DNA from: a virus
Lineage: Duplodnaviria > Caudoviricetes
IMG/VR virus record: IMGVR_UViG_3300033076_001480
Location: 1-31,303 of that record
DNA: 31,303 bases
Reading direction: 5' to 3' (one strand)
The position numbers were made by a program, and so were the translations under genes. The notes under the pieces are model-generated. The model made no database searches. It was not told the origin of the DNA and was given only the letters and a program-made list of their open reading frames with translations. Below, piece after piece: positions 25,135 through 31,303 of the stretch. Numbering within the stretch: the first letter of the stretch is position 1; each line of letters opens with the position of its first letter.

Positions 25135-26289
25135 ATGCCGGGTCCGTACATCTACGACCGGGTCAAGGAGACGACCACGACGACCGGAACCGGCACCTAC
25201 ACGTTGGCCGGTGCCGCGACCGGCTTTCGTTCGTTTTCGGCGGTAGGCAACGGCAACACCTGCTTCTACTGCGCCGAGAACGGGACCGATTGGGAAGTGG
25301 GGGTGGGCACTTATACGAGTCTGGGAACCACCCTGTCCCGCGACGAGATCCTGGCCTCGAGCAATTCGGGGTCGGCGGTCAACTGGTCGTCGGGGACCAA
25401 GAATATCTTCATCACCCATCCGGCCGCTTACATGCTCGAGCAGCAGATTCCTTCGGAGCCGGGCGGACGGTTGACGGTGACTTCGGGAACGGCGGTCACA
25501 ACGACCGATGTGACATCGGCGGGCACGATCTATTACACGCCTCATCGCAACGGGCGGGTCGATCTGTGGAACGGACGGCGCTGGGTGACCGTGCTGTTCA
25601 CCCAGAAGTCGATCGTCTTTCTCGGCCTGACATCGGGCAAGAACTACGACGTGTTCGGCTACCTGTCGTCGGGCGATCTGGCGATCGAGGCGTTGGTCTG
25701 GACCGACGACACCAACCGGGCGACCGGCATCACGATGACCGACGGGTTGTGGACGAAATCCGGCGATCAGACCCGGCTGTATCTCGGCACGTTCCGCACC
25801 ACGAGTACGACGACGACCGAAGATTCCAAGGCCAAGCGGTTCGTGTGGAACGCCTACAACCGGGTGCCGTACCGGGACTGGCGGGACGAGACTGCCAACA
25901 GTTGGACGGATGCCGGCAACGGAACGTGGTCGGCGATCAATGGCGGCAGTTCGGTTTGGAAACACGAGTTTGTCCGGGGTCTGAACGTCGAACCGATCAA
26001 GGGAACGGTTATCATGACCGGCGGCCCCTTTTACTCGTCAGCCGTCTCGCTCGACAGTTCCGGCGCTCCGGACCGAAGCAAGGGGAGTTTTGCCTATCAG
26101 GATGCCGCAGGCGCCGTTTCCTGCCCGGCAGTCTTTCTTGATTTTCCGAGTGTCGGCTATCACTACCTCCAAGGTGTCGAAACCACTTTCAACGCCACTT
26201 CGAGAACTGCTTACGGCGACAACGGAGCGACGGTTGGTGGCGGGATCGGCGGTATACAATCCGGGTTTGTCACCGAGGGCTTCCGATGA
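25135..26289 (+). CDS. Tail fibre-like virion protein (N-terminus paralogous to 23359-24375)
   Basis: DRVKETTTTTGTG..WEVGVGTY..TLSRDEILASSNSGSA; GGRLT..TIYYTP; RFVWNAYNR. Confidence 0.65.
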   Translation: MPGPYIYDRVKETTTTTGTGTYTLAGAATGFRSFSAVGNGNTCFYCAENGTDWEVGVGTYTSLGTTLSRDEILASSNSGSAVNWSSGTKNIFITHPAAYMLEQQIPSEPGGRLTVTSGTAVTTTDVTSAGTIYYTPHRNGRVDLWNGRRWVTVLFTQKSIVFLGLTSGKNYDVFGYLSSGDLAIEALVWTDDTNRATGITMTDGLWTKSGDQTRLYLGTFRTTSTTTTEDSKAKRFVWNAYNRVPYRDWRDETANSWTDAGNGTWSAINGGSSVWKHEFVRGLNVEPIKGTVIMTGGPFYSSAVSLDSSGAPDRSKGSFAYQDAAGAVSCPAVFLDFPSVGYHYLQGVETTFNATSRTAYGDNGATVGGGIGGIQSGFVTEGFR

Positions 26290-26714
26290 GCAAGGCATTG
26301 ATAGTCGATAAGGCGTTGCGGGATGCCGGCATACCGATCGGCGGCGTCAGCGTTTCGGGATCCTCCGTCACGGTCGATTGGGGCACGGCCACGCAAGAGC
26401 AGATCACCCAGGGCTTGGTGATCATCGAGGCGACCGACATCAGTGATGATGCGTTTGAAGCCTGGAAGACGGCGCAACTGAAGGAGGAGGCGATCGCGGC
26501 ATTGGCGGGCAGCAACGACTCGACCCGCCTGGCGACCCGAGCGGCGCTTCAGGTGATTCATGCTTCCATCGTCGAGGTACGGCAGACGCTCAACGCCCTG
26601 ATCGATCATGTGAACTCGGGGACCGGAGTGCCGTCCAAACTGGCGATCCGGACTTTCGATCAGGCGGTCGCCGCCGTGGCGACGGTGATCAACCAGACCA
26701 ATATCACGCCGTGA
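26286..26714 (+). CDS. Hypothetical protein, possible fibre chaperone
   Basis: ATGA-coupled to the fibre-like gene. Confidence 0.55.
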   Translation: MSKALIVDKALRDAGIPIGGVSVSGSSVTVDWGTATQEQITQGLVIIEATDISDDAFEAWKTAQLKEEAIAALAGSNDSTRLATRAALQVIHASIVEVRQTLNALIDHVNSGTGVPSKLAIRTFDQAVAAVATVINQTNITP

Positions 26715-26722
26715 GGTAGCCC

Positions 26723-27646
26723 GTGTCTTTCGGCGCCGTTTCGGAACTTCCGGTATCGTCGATCCCGTTTGTCGATTCCGCCGCGCGGATCGCGATGCGG
26801 CGGATCGGCTCGTCGGTACGTTCCGAAACGCCCGTCCGCGGCGACAGCGCAAGACGGTATCTGCCGCCACCGACGGCTACGTTCGAGCGGTTGGCCGAGC
26901 GGCGGATCGTCCGGACGGCCGACGATACCATCGACAAGCAACCCGGCAAGGTACGGCGGACCGGATCGGTATCGGTGCCGGTCAACTTCTGCCGACCGAC
27001 GCCGCACCGCAAGAGTCGCAAGCAATTCCACAGGCCGCTGCCGCCGGCTTGTGAAGGGTTCCTGATCCCTGTTCTGCAGACGATCAGGAGAACCGCCAAG
27101 GGGGACGGTCGGGAGGCATGGTGGCTGCCTCTCGGCCGGACCCTGAGGTGGGGCGAGATGCGGCAACCCGAGCCGTCGGCCGCGCTGACTCAGAGTCGGA
27201 GCCGCCACAAGGCCGCCTGCCCCCAACCCGAACCTTACCCCGGTGACGCTTTCCGAACCCGCGCTCCGGGACAGGAAGAGGAGATCGGCGGGCAGGCGGT
27301 CCTGGCGGGCCGGCGAACAACGGTCGGCGACCAGCCGCTGGCCGAGGCGAGGAACAGCCGAACCCGACGGCGGGTGCCGCTCTTCTACGAGCCGCCCCAG
27401 GTGCAGACCGGCCGGCGACTCTCTGTGTGCCAGGTGATGCCGACCAACTTCCAGGGATCGGCCAGGCGGGGCAGACTGTGGAATACGGGATTGTCGGCCG
27501 ACGGCTCCGGGGAAACCTGTCCGCCGCGACCGATCCGGCCGGTCGAGCAGGATGACTATCGACCGGGGGCGGGGCAGGCCGAGGACAGTCGGCCGATCCG
27601 GTCGGAAGGCGACGACTATCGTCCGGGACGCCGGGACGAGTGCTGA
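26723..27646 (+). CDS. Hypothetical Arg/Pro-rich protein
   Basis: GAGG RBS, stop overlaps copy 18; C-terminal RPIR..DDYRPG duplication. Confidence 0.5.
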   Translation: MSFGAVSELPVSSIPFVDSAARIAMRRIGSSVRSETPVRGDSARRYLPPPTATFERLAERRIVRTADDTIDKQPGKVRRTGSVSVPVNFCRPTPHRKSRKQFHRPLPPACEGFLIPVLQTIRRTAKGDGREAWWLPLGRTLRWGEMRQPEPSAALTQSRSRHKAACPQPEPYPGDAFRTRAPGQEEEIGGQAVLAGRRTTVGDQPLAEARNSRTRRRVPLFYEPPQVQTGRRLSVCQVMPTNFQGSARRGRLWNTGLSADGSGETCPPRPIRPVEQDDYRPGAGQAEDSRPIRSEGDDYRPGRRDEC

Positions 27647-27670
27647 CTTTGTATCAAATGAGCCGAAGTT
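27645..27670. repeat. 26-bp site, copy 18 (inverted)
   Basis: GACTTTGTATCAAATGAGCCGAAGTT is the exact reverse complement of copies 16, 17 and 19. Confidence 0.95.
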
Positions 27671-27679
27671 GAGGGGAAC

Positions 27680-28840
27680 ATGGCGTCGATCCAAGTAGCG
27701 ACCTGGAAAGATCTGGTCGATCACCTGATGGACTTCCTCGGCGCGCATCCCGGCGGCGAGGCGAGACGCGATGCGCGGCGGTCGATCTTCAACTCGATGC
27801 GCGAACTGACCACGGGCCACAACTGGTCGTACTACTACCGCCAGGGACGCATCGTCACTTCGGCGCCGTATCTGACGGGCACGGTGAGTTACGACCACAC
27901 GGGGGGAACCTACGAGCGGCTGGTGACCCTGACGGGAGGCTCGTTCCCGGCATGGGCGGCTCAGGGGCGCATCCTGATCGGAACAACCATCTACGAGGTG
28001 GCCGACCGCAAATCGGCGACGGAGATCACGCTGGCCATCCACAGTAATCCGGGAGCCGATGTCGCTTCGACCAGTTACACCCTCTACCGGGACGCCTATC
28101 CGTTGCCGGTCGATTGCCGATCGATCGGCATGATGATCATCGACAACTTCACGACCGACATCACCTTCGAGCATCCCTCCAGTATGCTCTCGCGGCAGCG
28201 GGTCTGGCGTGGTACGGCAACGCCGCGGTTTTACTCGGTTCTCGGTAGTCCCGACTTTTTGGGCACTCTGCAGTTGGGCGTCTTCCCGCCGCCGGATCAG
28301 GCATACGGCTTGTCGTTCGTCTACCAGCGACGGCCGAGGCAGTTGGCGGTCGAGGATCACCACCAGGGCAAGATCTCGACGACCGCCGGCTCCGCATCGG
28401 TGACCGGCTCGGGGACGGCTTTTACGAGCAAGTTGCAGGGTAGCGTCCTGCGGATCTCGCAAACCGCCGAACTGCCGACGGCTCCCTGGGGCAGCAATCC
28501 GCCCGCGGTCAGCCGTATCGTGGTAGCGGTCAACAGTGCCACGTCGCTGACGCTCGATGATACCGTTTCCGAGACGATGACCAATGTGCCCTACCTGATC
28601 TCCGATCCGGTGGACATCGAAGACGGCGCCATGATGACGGCGCTTCTGCGGTGTTGCGAGCGGCAGATGGGGGTGGCTCGCAGCAAGGAAGATCGTCAGA
28701 TCCTCGAGAAGGCGTGGATCGACGCATTGATCCTGGCGCGCGAGGCCGACAGTCGGAGCTTCAAGGACGAGAACGTCGGCGGCCAGCAGCGGTGGCCTTA
28801 TCGGCTGGCCAACTTCCCGCTGGGCGGCGATCGCTCGTAA
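27680..28840 (+). CDS. Putative head-tail adaptor protein with inserted beta domains
   Basis: Helical N-terminus (HNWSYY), YPLPVDC, VFPPPDQAY..YQR, helical C-terminus; GSASVTGSGTAFT insert. Confidence 0.55.
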   Translation: MASIQVATWKDLVDHLMDFLGAHPGGEARRDARRSIFNSMRELTTGHNWSYYYRQGRIVTSAPYLTGTVSYDHTGGTYERLVTLTGGSFPAWAAQGRILIGTTIYEVADRKSATEITLAIHSNPGADVASTSYTLYRDAYPLPVDCRSIGMMIIDNFTTDITFEHPSSMLSRQRVWRGTATPRFYSVLGSPDFLGTLQLGVFPPPDQAYGLSFVYQRRPRQLAVEDHHQGKISTTAGSASVTGSGTAFTSKLQGSVLRISQTAELPTAPWGSNPPAVSRIVVAVNSATSLTLDDTVSETMTNVPYLISDPVDIEDGAMMTALLRCCERQMGVARSKEDRQILEKAWIDALILAREADSRSFKDENVGGQQRWPYRLANFPLGGDRS

Positions 28841-28864
28841 CTTCGGCTCATTTGATACAAAGTC
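28839..28864. repeat. 26-bp site, copy 19
   Basis: AACTTCGGCTCATTTGATACAAAGTC; overlaps a TAA. Confidence 0.95.
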
Positions 28865-28874
28865 GGGGTTTGTC

Positions 28875-29051
28875 ATGCGAGAAGAGCGGCGGACGGTGGA
28901 GATTCGGGACTTCCCCGGCATGGCGATCCGGATCGATCCGGACGACATCGAGCCGGGGGCGGCGGTCATTCAGATCAACATGCAGAGTACCCTGCCGGGC
29001 AAGTTGACGCTGCGTCCGGGGATGGTGCCGGTCACGTTCGAGGAAGAGTGA
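28875..29051 (+). CDS. Small protein (58 aa, not in the ORF track)
   Basis: MREERRTVEIRDFPGMAIRIDPDDIEPGAAVIQINMQSTLPGKLTLRPGMVPVTFEEE*; starts 10 bp after copy 19. Confidence 0.6.
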   Translation: MREERRTVEIRDFPGMAIRIDPDDIEPGAAVIQINMQSTLPGKLTLRPGMVPVTFEEE

Positions 29052-29052
29052 A

Positions 29053-29565
29053 ATGTTCCAGGGACACTGCGAACTCGACGAAACGATGAGCCTGTACTTC
29101 CAGGTAGCCACCTCGTCCGGTGTGGCGGTCAATGCCGACAGCCTGCCGACCTGGAGAGTCTACGGACCCGACGGCGCGCTGACCGCGGCGACGGGCAGCG
29201 CCTCTTTCGGCGACTCCGGGTCGGTGACGGCGGCTTCCAATGCCTCGCCCATCGTCATCACCTCGACGGCTCACGGCTTGAGTACGGGGTCGCGGGTGAC
29301 CGTCAGCGGGGTGGGCGGCAACACGGCGGCCAACGGGACGTTCACCATCACCAGGGTGTCGGCCGACACTTTCAGTCTCGATTCCTCGACGGGTAACGGT
29401 TCGTACACCTCCGGAGGCACCTGGAACGTGACGGGGCTGTACAAGGTGACGGTCGATTGCACCGAGGCCAACGGCTTCGAGGAAGGCGTCAACTACCAAA
29501 TCCTTCTGACCGGCGCCGTCTCTTCCGCGGTATTCGGACAGCTTTCGTCCTGGGGGGTCGGCTGA
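29053..29565 (+). CDS. Virion protein with an E1 FCCH-like beta domain
   Basis: VTAASNASPIVITSTAHGLSTGSRVTVSGVGGNTAANGTFTITRVSADTFSL. Confidence 0.6.
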   Translation: MFQGHCELDETMSLYFQVATSSGVAVNADSLPTWRVYGPDGALTAATGSASFGDSGSVTAASNASPIVITSTAHGLSTGSRVTVSGVGGNTAANGTFTITRVSADTFSLDSSTGNGSYTSGGTWNVTGLYKVTVDCTEANGFEEGVNYQILLTGAVSSAVFGQLSSWGVG

Positions 29566-29978
29566 TGGATACGGGAGTCCGGAGACAGGGTGAAGATTTC
29601 GCCTGCATCGTTCTCTGCACCAACGCCTCGGGAGTGCCGACCGATCCGGATTCCTGCCCGACCTGGGAGTTGTATTCGGGCGATTCGCCGGTTCTGGTCG
29701 GCAAGGCACCGATCATCGACAAGCAGGCGACTACGGGGCTGTTCGAGGTGCGATTCCTGCTTGACGAGACGACGCCGGTCGGCACTTATCTGCTGATCGT
29801 CCGCTGGAAGATCTCTTCGCACAACGGGGTGCGGATCCTGCGGTTCCGGGTGGTCGCGGGCGGCAAGGCCGGGGGTATACCGATCTCGATGGCCTGGTGG
29901 CGATTGCCCGAGGCGGATCGGCTGATTCGCCAGACAACGGCCGGCAGGCTGATGGAAGGACGCAACCCGAGGAGATAG
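29565..29978 (+). CDS. Hypothetical virion protein
   Basis: TGATG coupling; resembles the previous gene outside its FCCH-like insert. Confidence 0.6.
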   Translation: MDTGVRRQGEDFACIVLCTNASGVPTDPDSCPTWELYSGDSPVLVGKAPIIDKQATTGLFEVRFLLDETTPVGTYLLIVRWKISSHNGVRILRFRVVAGGKAGGIPISMAWWRLPEADRLIRQTTAGRLMEGRNPRR

Positions 29979-29980
29979 CG

Positions 29981-30478
29981 ATGATCACCGATCTGAAGTT
30001 GGCCGGCGAATTCGAGCTTACGGCGCGCGACAAGGACGGCCGGATGCTCTGGCTCGACAAGGCGATGAACGGCATCGTGACCGACGGACTGACCGACGCG
30101 CTACGAGCCGTCTTCGCCACGGGAACGCAGCGAAGTTGGTACTTCGGCCTGATCGGAGCGACCGGCTTCACGGCGCTTGCGGCGGCCGACACCATGGCTT
30201 CGCATTCGGGCTGGACGGAGTTGACCGGCTACTCCTCGTCCACCCGACCGGCCTTCTCGCCGACCATCTCCGAGGCGTTGGCTTTCAATCCGACGCCGAT
30301 CTCCTTTACGGCGACGACTTCGCTGCGGATCAAGGGGATCTTCATCGCCTCCGACAGCACCAAGGGCGGCTCGTCGGGCATCCTCTGGTCAACGGCGCAA
30401 CTGACCATCATCCGGGATCTGATCGTCGGGCAGTCGCTCGAACTGACTTACCGGCTGCGAGCCTCGGGGGGAGCATGA
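29981..30478 (+). CDS. Putative tail structural protein
   Basis: NGIVTDGL..WYFGLIG..ADTMASHSGWTE..RP motif seen in phage structural genes. Confidence 0.55.
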   Translation: MITDLKLAGEFELTARDKDGRMLWLDKAMNGIVTDGLTDALRAVFATGTQRSWYFGLIGATGFTALAAADTMASHSGWTELTGYSSSTRPAFSPTISEALAFNPTPISFTATTSLRIKGIFIASDSTKGGSSGILWSTAQLTIIRDLIVGQSLELTYRLRASGGA

Positions 30479-30678
30479 GACGTTGGCTGATCCCGAGCCT
30501 GGCGGTCCGGCTGACTGCCAGAAACCATCCGATGCCGCCGGAAGTCTTCCGATCCTGTCGGAACCGGAGCTTCACGGCACTCGACGGCTTGCAGGAAACC
30601 ATCGAGCAGACTGCCGTGTTCAGTCAGACCGCCAGGACACCCGGCGGTCCGTTGGCGACTTCGAGATACCGCAGGTAA
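30475..30678 (+). CDS. Small hypothetical protein
   Basis: ATGA coupling; stop overlaps copy 20. Confidence 0.5.
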   Translation: MRRWLIPSLAVRLTARNHPMPPEVFRSCRNRSFTALDGLQETIEQTAVFSQTARTPGGPLATSRYRR

Positions 30679-30702
30679 CTTCGGCTCATTTGATACAAAG
30701 TT
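30677..30702. repeat. 26-bp site, copy 20
   Basis: AACTTCGGCTCATTTGATACAAAGTT. Confidence 0.95.
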
Positions 30703-30713
30703 GAGGGTGAGGT

Positions 30714-31303
30714 ATGCCGGACAGTTTCGTTACCACGCCCGACGGTCTGCTTCTGGTGGCCAACGGAATCGATCCGGTCCTGGTCTGGGACGGCTTGCAG
30801 GGTGCCCCGACCGTCGCCGGCATGACGGCGCCTGTTGCTGCTCCGACCTTTGCGGGGTCCGGCTCCGGATCGATCACCGGCACTTACTACGCCTTCCTGC
30901 GGTTTGTTGATTTCTACGGCAACTTCTCGCCGCTCTCCCCTGTCTCCACGGCGGTCACCGTCTCGGCGGTCGGCACCATCACCTACTCTTCGGTCGAGGC
31001 GCCGATTCAGGAGAAGGTGGTACGTCGGCAGATCCTCCGCAACACGGCGGGTCAGGCCGATGTCTTCTACGTCGATGTCGATACCACCGATCTGACCAGC
31101 ACTTCGTTTGCCTCGACCAAGACCGATTCTTTGCTGGCGGCAAGCGACTACCAGTCGCTCTTCGACGAGAACGATCGGGATCTCTCGACGGTCAACAATC
31201 CGCCACCTTCGGACAAGGCGATTCTGGCGGTGCATCTCGATCGGGTCTTTCTGGCCGGCGAGGAGGAGTACACGGTCGGCTGTATCAGCCTGACGGCCGG
31301 CTC
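30714..31303 (+). CDS. Tail nozzle or stabilisation-like protein, truncated by the window end
   Basis: GAGG RBS; MPDSFVTTPDGLLLVANGIDPVLVWDG..HLDRVFLAG, beta-propeller-like; frame stays open to the end. Confidence 0.55.
   Translation, partial: MPDSFVTTPDGLLLVANGIDPVLVWDGLQGAPTVAGMTAPVAAPTFAGSGSGSITGTYYAFLRFVDFYGNFSPLSPVSTAVTVSAVGTITYSSVEAPIQEKVVRRQILRNTAGQADVFYVDVDTTDLTSTSFASTKTDSLLAASDYQSLFDENDRDLSTVNNPPPSDKAILAVHLDRVFLAGEEEYTVGCISLTAG

Larger units (their letters stand above)
360..31303. mobile_element. Prophage or temperate tailed phage (partial; right end outside the window, left boundary approximate)
   Basis: Integrase, HTH regulator, capsid, terminase, portal and tail-like genes in two divergent arms; att site not identified. 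Confidence 0.9.

Noticed and set aside
360-30702. CRISPR array made of the 26-bp palindromic repeat
   Set aside because: Copies are about 0.5-3 kb apart, separated by whole genes and mixed in orientation, and no cas genes are present.
360-30702. Canonical integron (IntI plus attC cassettes)
   Set aside because: The sites are 26 bp, far shorter than attC, lack L boxes and extrahelical bases, and often end GTC or GTG. The integrase shows no IntI-specific insertion that I can recognise, and the 'cassettes' are core phage genes.
360-30702. Repeats as intrinsic terminators
   Set aside because: They have no U tracts, half the copies carry non-compensated mismatches, and separate terminators exist at 200, 1616 and 6922.

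Overview
The window is a GC-rich temperate phage or prophage segment. The host is probably a planctomycete; this is inferred from the integrase N-terminus and several TIGR02996-like motifs. The left arm (389-9081, minus strand) holds a tyrosine integrase, many small hypothetical early genes, an XRE/Cro HTH regulator, a serine-recombinase-like protein that lacks its catalytic motifs, and a gp88-like protein. A non-coding switch region (about 9100-9890) separates it from the plus-strand virion arm: scaffold, major capsid, glycosyltransferase, papain-like peptidase cassette, terminase, portal, a kinase-like gene and tail/adaptor genes, running off the window end. The most striking feature is a 26-bp pseudo-palindrome, AACTTCGGCTCA-(TT/AA)-TGAGCCGAAGTT and variants. 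I found 20 copies from 360 to 30702, nearly all at gene junctions between a stop codon and the next RBS. Its 12+2+12 layout matches Hin/Gin invertase sites, and copies bracket the apparently dead serine recombinase. This suggests an undescribed genome-wide operator, 'stoperator' or DNA-organising system. All product calls come from motif recognition by eye; no database searches were run.
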